A stretch of 64,000 nt of DNA from Gammaproteobacteria bacterium (GTDB taxonomy: Bacteria; Pseudomonadota; Gammaproteobacteria; Natronospirales; JAIVGZ01), in contig JBBEAN010000003.1 in NCBI GenBank assembly GCA_040882865.1, positions 33,085 through 97,084 on the forward strand, written 5' to 3'. Under the pieces are notes generated by a model. It worked only from the letters and a program-made list of their open reading frames with translations. It had not been told where the DNA came from and searched no databases. Below, one piece after another: positions 41,380 to 50,981 of this stretch; the stretch's first letter is position 1; each line of letters opens with the position of its first letter. Both the position numbers and the translations under genes were made by a program.

Positions 41380-43038
41380 TCAGTCGCGCAGTTTTCGCCG
41401 AAGAATCTTGCCGACGTTGGTCTTCGGGAGCTCGTCGCGGAATTCGACGGACTTCGGCCGCTTGTATCCCGTGAGACTCTTCGAGCAGTGCTCGATGACG
41501 TCGGCCTCGGTCAGGTTCTTATCCTTGAGTACGACGAACAATTTCACCACTTCGCCGGACTCGTCGTCCGGCACGCCGATCGCAGCCGCCTCGAGGATGC
41601 CCGGGTGTTCGACGGCGACGCTCTCAATCTCGTTCGGGTACACATTGAACCCGGAGACCAGAATCATGTCCTTCTTGCGATCGACGATGCGCGTGTAGCC
41701 GCGTTCGTCCATTTCGCCCATGTCGCCGGTTTTCAGCCAGCCGTCACCGGGCAATACATTGCGCGTTTCGTCCGGGCGGTTCCAGTAGCCCTTCATCACC
41801 TGCGGACCCCGGATCCAAATCTCACCGACCGCGCCAGTCAGAACCGGCTGGCCATCCTCATCGCGGATGGAGAGTTCGGTCGACGGCAATGGCAGCCCGA
41901 TTGAGCCCGTGTAATCCGTGTTGTCGAGCGGGTTCACGGTTGCCACAGGCGACGTTTCCGTGAGGCCAAAGCCCTCGAGCAGTGGCGTCCCCGTGACGCG
42001 CTTCCAATGTTCCGCGACCGCGCGTTGGACCGCCATGCCTCCGCCAAGCGACAACTTCAACGGCGAAAAATCAAGCTTGTCGAAACCGGGCGTGTGCAGC
42101 AGACCATTGAACAACGTGTTCACGCCCGTGATGACCGTGAAACGATGCTTGGACAGTTCCTTGACGAATCCCGGCATATCCCGCGGATTCGTAATCAGCA
42201 CATTGCAGCCACCCAGCTTCAGGAATTGCAGACAATTACAGGTCAGCGAAAAAATGTGGTACATCGGCAGCGCCGTGATCACCATCTCGCCGCCCGCCGC
42301 CGTTCGCGTTCCGAACCACGCTTTGACCTGCTCGAGATTCGCGACCATGTTCCGGTGCGTGAGTTCAGCGCCCTTCGAGACGCCCGTCGTTCCGCCGGTG
42401 TACTGGAGAAATGCGGTGTCGTCGGGTGCGATCTCGACGTCTTGAAGCACCTGCCACTTGCCGTGGGCGATCGCTTTTCGCAAGTCATGTGCACCCGGAA
42501 TGTGCCACGCGGGTACCAGTTTCTTGACGTGTTTGACCACGAAATTGACGAGCTGGCGTTTCGGCGACCGCAACATGTCGCCCATCCGGGTCGTCACGAC
42601 CGTCTTGACCTTGGTCTTGTCCAGCACTTGCGCGACCGTGTGCGCAAAGTTCTCGACGACCACAATCGCGGTTGCGCCCGAGTCGACGAGCTGGTGCTCG
42701 AGTTCGCGCGCGGTATACAGCGGATTCACGTTCACGACGATCACCCCGGACCGCAGTGCGCCATAAAGCACCACCGGATATTGGAGCAAGTTCGGCATCA
42801 TGATTGCGAGGCGGTCGCCGCGTTTCAGGCCGGCGACCTGTTGCAGCCACGCGGCGAAGTACCGACTGCACTGGTCGATCTCGGCGAACGTGAGCGTAGT
42901 GCCCATGTTCTTGAACGCAGGCAGGTCTCGGAACTCGACGAAGCAGTCGTCGATCACTTTCTTGAGCGTGGCGTCGGGCCCGAGTTCGATGTCGGCCGGA
43001 ACGCCCTGCGGATAGTGTTTAAGCCAAGGTTTGTCCAC
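41380..43038 (-). CDS. fadD: long-chain-fatty-acid--CoA ligase
   Basis: 552 aa, near-colinear with E. coli FadD (MPNLLQYPV...[20 protein letters not shown]), with the AMP-binding motif [12 protein letters not shown]. Confidence 0.93.
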   Translation of the reverse strand: MDKPWLKHYPQGVPADIELGPDATLKKVIDDCFVEFRDLPAFKNMGTTLTFAEIDQCSRYFAAWLQQVAGLKRGDRLAIMMPNLLQYPVVLYGALRSGVIVVNVNPLYTARELEHQLVDSGATAIVVVENFAHTVAQVLDKTKVKTVVTTRMGDMLRSPKRQLVNFVVKHVKKLVPAWHIPGAHDLRKAIAHGKWQVLQDVEIAPDDTAFLQYTGGTTGVSKGAELTHRNMVANLEQVKAWFGTRTAAGGEMVITALPMYHIFSLTCNCLQFLKLGGCNVLITNPRDMPGFVKELSKHRFTVITGVNTLFNGLLHTPGFDKLDFSPLKLSLGGGMAVQRAVAEHWKRVTGTPLLEGFGLTETSPVATVNPLDNTDYTGSIGLPLPSTELSIRDEDGQPVLTGAVGEIWIRGPQVMKGYWNRPDETRNVLPGDGWLKTGDMGEMDERGYTRIVDRKKDMILVSGFNVYPNEIESVAVEHPGILEAAAIGVPDDESGEVVKLFVVLKDKNLTEADVIEHCSKSLTGYKRPKSVEFRDELPKTNVGKILRRKLRD

Positions 43039-43047
43039 GGTTCAATA

Positions 43048-43656
43048 CTACACGGTACACTTGAGCAATGGGCGTAGCGCTTCCCAGACGAGGTCGAGCA
43101 TCCATGGCTGGGCAGCCGCCGTCGGGTGGACGCCGTCGTCCTGGAGCATGCCTGGACGGTCCGCGACCTCCTCGATCGCAAACCGCACGAGCGGCAGCCG
43201 ATGCTCAGCCGCGAGCGCGTCGAACACCCCGGTGAAGCCGCGACGGTAATCGGGCCCATAATTTGGCGGGATGGTCACACCAATCAGCACCACCTTCGCG
43301 CCCGCGCGCGTCGCAGCCGTTATCATGGCGTCGAGATTGCGCTGCATCTCGGTGAGGGGATAGCCGCGCAAGCCGTCGTTGCCACCGAGGCCGATGATGA
43401 CAATCGAAGGCTGGTGGACGCTCAGCGCGCGCGGCAGCCGGGCAAGCCCGCTGCTCGTCGTGTCGCCGCTGATGCTCGCGTTCACGACGCGGCCGCCCTC
43501 ACCGAGCCGCTGCTCGAGAAGGGCGACCCAGCCTTCGGGACGGGGAACGCCATAGGACGCACTGAGGCTGTCTCCGACCACCAGCACTACGGGTTCCGCG
43601 GCGCGGGTGGGCGCGAGGAAGAACAACAATACCAACAACAGGATGACTCGATACAT
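43048..43656 (-). CDS. tesA: acyl-CoA thioesterase I / arylesterase (SGNH hydrolase)
   Basis: MYRVILLLVLLFFLAPTRA signal peptide, GDSLS, GGNDG and DGVHP blocks. It is divergent from ybbA-ybbP as in E. coli. The N-terminal 133 codons of the track ORF are antisense to ybbA and were removed. Confidence 0.9.
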   Translation of the reverse strand: MYRVILLLVLLFFLAPTRAAEPVVLVVGDSLSASYGVPRPEGWVALLEQRLGEGGRVVNASISGDTTSSGLARLPRALSVHQPSIVIIGLGGNDGLRGYPLTEMQRNLDAMITAATRAGAKVVLIGVTIPPNYGPDYRRGFTGVFDALAAEHRLPLVRFAIEEVADRPGMLQDDGVHPTAAAQPWMLDLVWEALRPLLKCTV

Positions 43657-44326
43657 GGGTGACACGATTCTCCAAGCGGACCGGCTGGTCAAAAAGGTTA
43701 CCAGCCCGGAAGGCCTGCTCACCATACTCGATGACGTATCGCTCGCGGTGTCCGAGGGCGAATCGGTCGCTATCATGGGTGCGTCGGGCTCGGGAAAGTC
43801 CACGTTGTTAGGGCTGCTCGCGGGGCTTGATGCCCCCACCTCGGGCACGGTAATCCTCGCCGGCACCGAACTCACCGCCCTCGACGAGGATGGCCGGGCG
43901 AAACTGCGCGGGACACACGTCGGCTTCGTGTTCCAGTCATTCCACTTGCTCGCGAGCCTCACGGCGCTCGAGAACGTCATGCTTCCGCTCGAGCTCGCTG
44001 ACCACGACGACCCCGTTATCGCCGCCCGCGAGAACCTGTCCGCCGTCGGGCTCACAGAGCGGGAAGCCCATTATCCGCACCAGCTTTCCGGCGGCGAGCA
44101 GCAGCGCGTCGCCCTTGCGCGCGCATTTGCACCCCGGCCGGCGATTCTTTTCGCCGACGAGCCGACAGGCAACCTCGATGCCGCGACCGGCGCCCGCGTG
44201 ATTGACCTGTTGTTTGGTCTGAACACCACCACCCTGGTGCTCGTAACGCACGACCCGGCACTCGCGAATCGGTGCTCGCGGATTATTGAAATTTCTGCGG
44301 GTCGGATCAGCAGGCACGCCGCGTGA
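43655..44326 (+). CDS. ybbA: ABC transporter ATP-binding protein (YbbA/LolD-like)
   Basis: Walker A GASGSGKST, signature LSGGEQQR and Walker B ILFADEPT. I chose ATG 43655 by alignment to the E. coli YbbA length. Confidence 0.9.
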   Translation: MGDTILQADRLVKKVTSPEGLLTILDDVSLAVSEGESVAIMGASGSGKSTLLGLLAGLDAPTSGTVILAGTELTALDEDGRAKLRGTHVGFVFQSFHLLASLTALENVMLPLELADHDDPVIAARENLSAVGLTEREAHYPHQLSGGEQQRVALARAFAPRPAILFADEPTGNLDAATGARVIDLLFGLNTTTLVLVTHDPALANRCSRIIEISAGRISRHAA

Positions 44327-46812
44327 CCGAGCTGCGTTTCGCTTTGCGCGCGCTCGCGCGGGAATTCCGCTCTGGCGAGCTCGCGATCCTTGGGCTCGCG
44401 CTCGTCATTGCGGTCGCGGCCGTGAGCTCGGTCGGGCTCTTCACGGACCGCGTCGCGCGCGCGATGGAACGACAAGCGGGCGACATTCTCGCGGCAGACC
44501 TCGTGGTCGTTTCTCGCGACCGCCCGACGGATGTGTTCGCGATGGAGGCCGCGCAACGCGGGCTGCGCACCAGCACACGTTGGTCGCTCGCGAGTGTGAT
44601 TGTCGCGGGCGACGCGAACGCACTCGCGAACGTCAATGCGGTCGCAGAGGGTTACCCGTTGCGCGGCGCGGTCTCCGTGTCCGATGAACTCTTTGGGGAG
44701 CGGCGCAGTGCGTCGTCGATCCCGGCGCCGGGCATCGCTTGGCTCGACACTCGGCTGTTCGCACAACTCGGTATCGAACCCGGCGATACGATCCGAATCG
44801 GTGAATCCGCGTTCGTTGCATCGCACGTGCTCGAGTCGATTCCGGACGCCGGATTCGGGTTCACCAGCATGGCCCCGACGGCGTTGATGAATCTCGCAGA
44901 TATTGAATCGACTGGGCTGATTCAGCCCGGGAGCCGCGTACGCTACCGTAGCCTGTTCGCTGGAGGCACGGAAGAAATCGACGCGTTCGGGTTGTGGGCC
45001 GCCGAGCGCCTAGAAAGGGGTGCGGAGCTCGTCGACGTGCGCGAAGCCCGTCCAGAGCTCGGTGCAGCGCTGAACAGGGCCGAGCGATTCCTCGGCCTCG
45101 CAGCGATTGTTGCCGTGCTGTTGTCGTCGATTTCTGTTGCGATGGCCGCACGCCGATATGCCGCGCGACACCTCGACGCAATCGCAATCATCAAGTGCGT
45201 CGGCGGTACGCAGGCGTTCGTGCTCCGTGCATACACGTTACAAGTCCTGCTGATCGGCCTTGCCGGCGGCGCCGTCGGCGTCGCCATCGGCTGGTTGGCC
45301 CAGCTCGGTCTTGTGGAGCTGATGGCCGGCCTGCTCGCGGTGGACGACCTGCCAGCCGCGCGCCTGATGTCGGCGGCCACCGGCGTCGCGACCGGCATGA
45401 TTGTACTGGCCGGATTCGCGGTTCCGCCCCTACTGCCGCTGCGGCGCGTTTCACCGGCACGCGTATTGCGTCGCGACCTGGATCCGCCGCCCGTCGCCGG
45501 CTGGGTCGCATACGGTGCCGCAGTCGGCGCAATCGCGCTACTGCTGTACGCGCAGACACGCGACGCGGAACTCACGTTGCTGACCGGCGGCGGCGCCGCA
45601 TTCGCCGCGCTCGCATTTGCGGGCGCAGCTTGGGGTCTGCTACGCATTCTTGGTGGCTTACGCGGTCGGGTCGGCGTCGCCTGGCGATACGGTCTCGCAA
45701 ACATCGTGCGCCGCCGTCGGGAGAGCATCGCCCAACTCGTCGCGTTCGGGCTTGGCTTGATGGTGTTGTTGTTGCTCGGAATCGTGCGCGCGGACTTGAT
45801 GAGTGGCTGGCAGCGAACGCTGAGTACGGACGCGCCGAATCACTTCATGATCAACATCCAGACCGACGAACGCGCCGCCCTCTCCGGCGTATTCGAGCAA
45901 GCGGGTCTCACGCCGCCCACGCTTTACCCGATGGTTCGCGCACGGCTCACGCAAATCGGGGGTACGCCGGTTGCCGACATTGATTTTTCGGGACGCGGGC
46001 GCGGCTTCGCGGACCGAGAGCAAAACCTGAGCTGGGCCGCACAACCGCAGCGTGACAATCGTGTTGTCGCGGGCGAGTGGTGGAGTGAAGCAGAGCATGG
46101 ACAGCCCCTGATCTCTCTTGAGACGGAGGCGGCGGAACGGCTCGGTGTGGGCACCGGCGATGTGCTTGAATTCGACGTTGCTGGCGAGTCGCTCCAAGTG
46201 ACCGTACACAATCTGCGCACGGTCGATTGGGACTCGTTCAACCCCAACTTCTTCATGGTGCTGCCGCCCGGTGTACTCGACGGCCTGCCCGCATCGTGGG
46301 TCGGCGCCGCGTTCGTCCCGCGCGACGAACGCGGCGTGTTCATCGAATTGTTGCGTACGCTGCCGACGGTCACGGTAATCGACATCGAGGCCATTCTCGA
46401 CCAAGTTCGAGGTGTAGTCGCGCAAGCTTCACGCGCCGTCGAATTCGTATTCCTGTTCACGCTCGCGGCGGGTATCGCCGTGATGCTGGCCGCGATCAAC
46501 GCGAGCCGCGACGAGCGGCGTCGGGAGACTGCGATGCTGCGTACTTTCGGCGCGGCGCGCACCACCGTACTCAAGGGGCTCGCAGCCGAGTTCGTGGTGC
46601 TCGGGGCGCTCGCGGGATTGCTCGCTGCGCTTGCGGCGAGCGTCATCGGGGCCGTCCTCGCGGTACAGGTGTTCGACTTTGCTTATGGAGGCAGTCCGTG
46701 GGTCTGGGCCGCCGGCCTGCTAGGGGGGGGCGTCGGTATCGGATCGATTGGCCTCCTCGCAACCCGGAAGACGCTCGACGAATCGCCGTTGGTGGTGCTG
46801 CGCCGTGCCTGA
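44323..46812 (+). CDS. ybbP: ABC transporter permease with two FtsX-like domains (YbbP-like)
   Basis: 829 aa, about 10 TM helices, with a duplicated FtsX/MacB-type permease architecture. It overlaps the ybbA stop. Confidence 0.88.
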   Translation: MTELRFALRALAREFRSGELAILGLALVIAVAAVSSVGLFTDRVARAMERQAGDILAADLVVVSRDRPTDVFAMEAAQRGLRTSTRWSLASVIVAGDANALANVNAVAEGYPLRGAVSVSDELFGERRSASSIPAPGIAWLDTRLFAQLGIEPGDTIRIGESAFVASHVLESIPDAGFGFTSMAPTALMNLADIESTGLIQPGSRVRYRSLFAGGTEEIDAFGLWAAERLERGAELVDVREARPELGAALNRAERFLGLAAIVAVLLSSISVAMAARRYAARHLDAIAIIKCVGGTQAFVLRAYTLQVLLIGLAGGAVGVAIGWLAQLGLVELMAGLLAVDDLPAARLMSAATGVATGMIVLAGFAVPPLLPLRRVSPARVLRRDLDPPPVAGWVAYGAAVGAIALLLYAQTRDAELTLLTGGGAAFAALAFAGAAWGLLRILGGLRGRVGVAWRYGLANIVRRRRESIAQLVAFGLGLMVLLLLGIVRADLMSGWQRTLSTDAPNHFMINIQTDERAALSGVFEQAGLTPPTLYPMVRARLTQIGGTPVADIDFSGRGRGFADREQNLSWAAQPQRDNRVVAGEWWSEAEHGQPLISLETEAAERLGVGTGDVLEFDVAGESLQVTVHNLRTVDWDSFNPNFFMVLPPGVLDGLPASWVGAAFVPRDERGVFIELLRTLPTVTVIDIEAILDQVRGVVAQASRAVEFVFLFTLAAGIAVMLAAINASRDERRRETAMLRTFGAARTTVLKGLAAEFVVLGALAGLLAALAASVIGAVLAVQVFDFAYGGSPWVWAAGLLGGGVGIGSIGLLATRKTLDESPLVVLRRA

Positions 46813-46883
46813 CTAGGGGGTTTCCTGCCTGCCCGTACGGTGTTCACCGGATGGGCGATGTGTGCCGAATCGCATAGCCTGAT

Positions 46884-47618
46884 TTGGCCATGCCTGACTT
46901 TCCGAAGCCTGATCATAACCAGCTCCTCTCGACGCTCACCGCGGCAGAGCGCGAACGTCTGTATCCGCACATGGAACTCGCGACCGTTTCATTGGGCCAA
47001 GTGCTACACCAACGCGGCGCCGACATAGAAGATGTCTATTTTCCGACAGACTCAATCGTTTCATTGCTGTACGTGATGGACGATGGTGCCTCCGCCGAAA
47101 TCTCAGTGGTCGGGCACGAGGGTGTCACGGGCGTCGGTCTGTGTATGGGCGCCGATATCTCCGCGAGCCAGGCGGTCGTCCAAAGCGCCGGCTATGCGTA
47201 TCGACTGCCGGGCAGCGTCCTGCGCGATGAGTTCCGCCGTAACGGCAGCCTCCATGACTGGATTCTGCGCTACTCACAAGCGCTGCTCGCGCAGATCGCG
47301 CAGACCGCGGTCTGCAACCGCCACCATACGGTCGACCAGCAACTGTGTCGCTGGGTGTTGTTGTCGCTCGACCGGCTGCCGACCAACAAACTGATCATGA
47401 CGCAACAACTCATCGCGAATATGTTGGGCGTACGTCGCGAGGGTGTCACCGAAGCGGCTGGCAAGTTGCAGAAGCTCGGCGTCATCCGATACAGCAGAGG
47501 ACGCATCACGGTGATCGACCGACCCCAGCTCGAAGCACTCTCATGCGAGTGTTACTCGGTGGTGAAGCGAGAGTTCGACCGGCTCGTCGCCACCCCGTAT
47601 ATCCGACAATCCGCCTGA
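46884..47618 (+). CDS. Crp/Fnr family transcriptional regulator (paralog 1)
   Basis: cNMP-binding-like barrel (VYFPTDSIVSLLYVMDDGASAEISVVGHEGVTG) plus a C-terminal HTH (MTQQLIANMLGVRREGVTEAAGKLQKLGVI). It ends with SCECY. Confidence 0.88.
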   Translation: MAMPDFPKPDHNQLLSTLTAAERERLYPHMELATVSLGQVLHQRGADIEDVYFPTDSIVSLLYVMDDGASAEISVVGHEGVTGVGLCMGADISASQAVVQSAGYAYRLPGSVLRDEFRRNGSLHDWILRYSQALLAQIAQTAVCNRHHTVDQQLCRWVLLSLDRLPTNKLIMTQQLIANMLGVRREGVTEAAGKLQKLGVIRYSRGRITVIDRPQLEALSCECYSVVKREFDRLVATPYIRQSA

Positions 47619-47628
47619 GGAAGATTCG

Positions 47629-48354
47629 ATGCCATCACATTCTCCCCACAATCACTTGCTCGATGCGCTGACAATCGACGAGAAGGACCGCCTGTTTCCG
47701 CACCTGGAATGGGTGCCGCTCGGACTCAGTGAGGTCCTGTATGAAACGAATAAGAAGCAGCACTGCGTCTATTTTCCGACCAGCGCAATCATCTCGCTGC
47801 TTTACGTGACCGAGGACGGTGCCTCGGCGGAAATCTCGATGGTCGGTAGCGAGGGCATGATTGGCATCGCACAGCTGACCGGTGACGGCACCATGCCGAA
47901 CCGTGCGGTCGTGCACAGCGCGGGCCATGCTTACCGCATCAAGGGTCACCTGTTGAAGCGAGAATTCTCCCGCAAAGGTCGGTTGCACGACATGTTGCTC
48001 CGCTACTCACAAACGCTGTTCGCTCAGACCGCGCAAACCGCCATGTGCAACCGTTTCCATACGGTGGACCAGCAACTCTGCCGCTGGCTGTTACTGTCAT
48101 TTGACCGGCTCGGCACCGATGAAATGGTCATGACCCAGGAGTTGATCGCAAACATGCTTGGCGTTCGCCGCGAGGGCGTCACGGAAGCGGCCGGCAGACT
48201 GCAGAAGGCGAACGTGATTCGCTATCGACGCGGACATATCCAGATGCTCGACCGTCTGCGGCTGGAGAAAAACTGCTGTGAGTGTTACGAGGCCGTCAAA
48301 GTCCAGACCGCGCGCTTGCTCGACATGAATCTACTGGACATGACTCAGCAGTAG
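47629..48354 (+). CDS. Crp/Fnr family transcriptional regulator (paralog 2)
   Basis: Colinear with paralog 1 and roughly half identical by eye. It has the same HTH and a CCECY motif near the C-terminus. Confidence 0.88.
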   Translation: MPSHSPHNHLLDALTIDEKDRLFPHLEWVPLGLSEVLYETNKKQHCVYFPTSAIISLLYVTEDGASAEISMVGSEGMIGIAQLTGDGTMPNRAVVHSAGHAYRIKGHLLKREFSRKGRLHDMLLRYSQTLFAQTAQTAMCNRFHTVDQQLCRWLLLSFDRLGTDEMVMTQELIANMLGVRREGVTEAAGRLQKANVIRYRRGHIQMLDRLRLEKNCCECYEAVKVQTARLLDMNLLDMTQQ

Positions 48355-48410
48355 CAACTTCGTTCGATACCGTACTGACAGCGACTGCCGCGCGGGGTAA
48401 TAAGCACATC

Positions 48411-49835
48411 ATGAAGCCAATACTCGCATTCGCGCTCGCCGCGACACTCCTTTTCGCCGCCTCCTGCTCGACGAACCCGGTCACGGGCCAAAGCCAGCTC
48501 GCACTTGTTTCAGAGAGCCAGGAAATCGAAATCGGTCGTCAAACCGCGGCGGCGGCCGAGGCCCAGATGGGCCTGGTCGATGACCCTGCTCTGCAGGAAT
48601 ACGTTCAGCGCATCGGCATGGTGATGGCGCGGGCGTCCGAGCGTCCTGAGCTGCCATGGCACTTCGGCGTCATCGACGACCCGACGCCCAACGCGTTCGC
48701 TGCGCCAGGTGGGTTCATCTATGTGACACGCGGCATGCTTTCCCTGATGAACAACGAGGCGGAGCTTGCGACTGTAATCGGACACGAGATTGGTCACGTG
48801 ACCGCGCGCCACTCTGTTGCCATGATCAGTCGGCAACAACTCGCACAAATCGGCCTCGGACTGGGCTCGGTGCTGAGCCCAGAAATCGCACAACTCGGCG
48901 AGCTCGCAAGCGCCGGGCTGTCGATGCTGTTCATGAGCTACGGTCGCGATGCGGAACGCCAGGCCGACGATCTGGGTTTCGGCTACGCGCTCGCGCAAGG
49001 CTACGACGTCTCACAGATGACCGATGTATTCGCATCGCTGCAACGTATCGGCGAGGCATCCGGCCGAAGCCCGGTACCCGCGTGGATGTCGACGCACCCG
49101 TACCCGGAAGAGCGCATCGTGCGTATCCAGAATCGTCTCGCGGGCGCAACTCTGCCGCTCGGCGCACGCGCGGGCGAAGACGAATACATGGCGCGTGTCG
49201 ATGGCCTGCCGTATGGCGAGAACCCGCGCAACGGTTACTTCGAAAACACCCGCTTCGTCCATCCAGACATGCGTTTCCAGGTCAATTTCCCGCAAGGTTG
49301 GATGACCCAAAACATGGCGCAGGCCGTAATGGCGGGCAGCCCGGACCAGGATGCCATCGTGCAACTTTCGCTCGCAAAAGGCACTCCCCAGGAGGCCGCG
49401 GCCGCGTTTCTCGGCCAGCAGGGGATTACGGCCGGCCCGGTGAATACGCGCTCGGTTAACGGCCTCAATGCCGCAACGGCGGAGTTCCAGGCACAGACCG
49501 AGCAAGGCGCGCTCGCCGGCGCTGTCAGCTTCATCACGCTCGACGAGCATACGTTCGGGATCGTTGCATACACCGGTGCGGATCGCCTCCCAAAGTACGC
49601 TGCTGCGTTCCAGGGTGTGTTTGATTCCTTCGGACGTCTGACCGACCCGCAGGCACTCGCGGTGCAAGCACCGCGCCTCTCGGTGATGCGCACGCCGAGG
49701 GCGATGTCGCTGCAGCAATTCAACGCGAGCTACCCATCGACCATTCCGCTCGACGAGCTTGCGCTCGTGAACCAACTCGTCGACGGCTCTGCGCTGATTC
49801 CCGCGGGCGCTCACGTAAAACGCGTGGTCAATTAA
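48411..49835 (+). CDS. M48 family zinc metallopeptidase lipoprotein
   Basis: Lipobox LLFAASC and the zinc motif VIGHEIGHVTARH. I trimmed it to ATG 48411 because the track ORF start overlaps the upstream regulator gene. Confidence 0.88.
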   Translation: MKPILAFALAATLLFAASCSTNPVTGQSQLALVSESQEIEIGRQTAAAAEAQMGLVDDPALQEYVQRIGMVMARASERPELPWHFGVIDDPTPNAFAAPGGFIYVTRGMLSLMNNEAELATVIGHEIGHVTARHSVAMISRQQLAQIGLGLGSVLSPEIAQLGELASAGLSMLFMSYGRDAERQADDLGFGYALAQGYDVSQMTDVFASLQRIGEASGRSPVPAWMSTHPYPEERIVRIQNRLAGATLPLGARAGEDEYMARVDGLPYGENPRNGYFENTRFVHPDMRFQVNFPQGWMTQNMAQAVMAGSPDQDAIVQLSLAKGTPQEAAAAFLGQQGITAGPVNTRSVNGLNAATAEFQAQTEQGALAGAVSFITLDEHTFGIVAYTGADRLPKYAAAFQGVFDSFGRLTDPQALAVQAPRLSVMRTPRAMSLQQFNASYPSTIPLDELALVNQLVDGSALIPAGAHVKRVVN

Positions 49836-49912
49836 GTGGGCCACCGCACGATTCTCCGCCGCGGAAATCGCTAAGGTTGGACTCCTCCCAATAAATCTAC
49901 CGGAGTTCAATC

Positions 49913-50215
49913 ATGCGCACGACCCCCTCTGCACAGAACGGCGAGCAACTCGACAGAAAGGTCGACCGTGCAGCCGACCAAGCCCACGACAAGATCGACC
50001 AGGCCTCGAATGCGGCACAACCGGCTGTCGATCGGCTCGCCGGAAAGGCCCACAACATGGTCGACAAGCTCGAAGCGAAAGGCGAGCAGTGGATGGAAGC
50101 CGAAGAAGAGATGATGGGCGAGATTCAGGCCTACGTCCGCCAACATCCGCTCCAGTCAGTCGGTATTGCCGTGGCCGGCGGCTTCCTCCTGAGCCGCATC
50201 CTCAGCTCAAGATGA
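49913..50215 (+). CDS. DUF883 (ElaB/YqjD/YgaM) family membrane-anchored stress protein
   Basis: 100 aa with a hydrophilic helical N-terminal part plus the C-terminal TM PLQSVGIAVAGGFLLSRIL. GGAG lies 9 nt upstream. Confidence 0.85.
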   Translation: MRTTPSAQNGEQLDRKVDRAADQAHDKIDQASNAAQPAVDRLAGKAHNMVDKLEAKGEQWMEAEEEMMGEIQAYVRQHPLQSVGIAVAGGFLLSRILSSR

Positions 50216-50565
50216 CCCCCGCACACCCCGGGCTTCTCGACGAAGCCCGGTTGCTGTTCACGGAAGCCCGTGGCCTCGCCCACGATCGGCTGAAGCTCGC
50301 CGCACTCGAGACCCGCCTCGCCGGGCAGAGTGTCGTCAGGATGCTCATCGCCGGGGTCGTCGCGGCGGTGATGGTAATCAGCACCTGGCTCGCGTTGGTG
50401 GGTATGGGCGTCGTCGCGCTCGTGGTCTACGGCGGCCTGACCGCGATCGCCGCGCTGGGCATCGCAGCGGTAGTCAACGCCGCCGCCGCCGCCGCGCTTT
50501 ATTTCGCGATCCGCAAGATGTCCCAGAACCTCGCTTTCCCACGAACCGTCGGAGGGCCGCACTGA
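50212..50565 (+). CDS. YqjE-like (phage holin family / DUF1469) membrane protein
   Basis: 117 aa and 2 TM helices, with an ATGA overlap to the DUF883 gene. The order matches E. coli yqjD-yqjE-yqjK. Confidence 0.75.
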   Translation: MTPAHPGLLDEARLLFTEARGLAHDRLKLAALETRLAGQSVVRMLIAGVVAAVMVISTWLALVGMGVVALVVYGGLTAIAALGIAAVVNAAAAAALYFAIRKMSQNLAFPRTVGGPH

Positions 50566-50981
50566 TGGGCCTGAAACACGAAGTCGCCGAGGCCGAACGT
50601 CAGGTCGAGATTCGTAGCGCACAACTGCAGGAGCACCTCTACGAGCTGCGGCACTCCTGGCGTTCGCGCATCAATCCCCGCGCGCTGGTGCTTGTGGGTG
50701 CCGCGGCCGGCGTCGTACTTGAGCAGTTCATCCGATATCGGAGCCACAAGCCCGTTGTCTACGAGTTGGCCCCCGGCGATGACCGACCACCACAGAAGCG
50801 CAGCAAGCACCGCATTTCGAGGGCCGCGCGCGCGCTACACTTATTGCCCATCGCGCAGCTCGCGGTGAGGAAATGGCTGTCGCGCGAAGCCGAACGCGAC
50901 GAGCGCGATCAGAGCCCGCGCTCGATCAACTTCGCGGACCATTCCATTACGCGCAAGGGTAACGGTCTCTCGCGCCATTGA
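50565..50981 (+). CDS. YqjK-like protein
   Basis: 138 aa with a coiled-coil N-terminus and one TM (ALVLVGAAAGVVL). It is the third gene of the yqjDEK-like unit, and its last 73 nt overlap the convergent cls gene. Confidence 0.6.
   Translation: MGLKHEVAEAERQVEIRSAQLQEHLYELRHSWRSRINPRALVLVGAAAGVVLEQFIRYRSHKPVVYELAPGDDRPPQKRSKHRISRAARALHLLPIAQLAVRKWLSREAERDERDQSPRSINFADHSITRKGNGLSRH

Noticed and set aside
42007-43077. 356-aa plus-strand ORF
   Set aside because: It is antisense to fadD and has no recognisable motifs.
43657-44055. N-terminal 133-codon extension of the tesA ORF
   Set aside because: The extension is antisense to ybbA. TesA homology and the signal peptide begin at MYRVILLL (43656).
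46723-46730. G8 homopolymer inside ybbP as a phase-variation switch
   Set aside because: It simply encodes Gly-Gly-Gly in a TM segment of a GC-rich gene. It is a single tract near the 3' end with no contingency-locus context.
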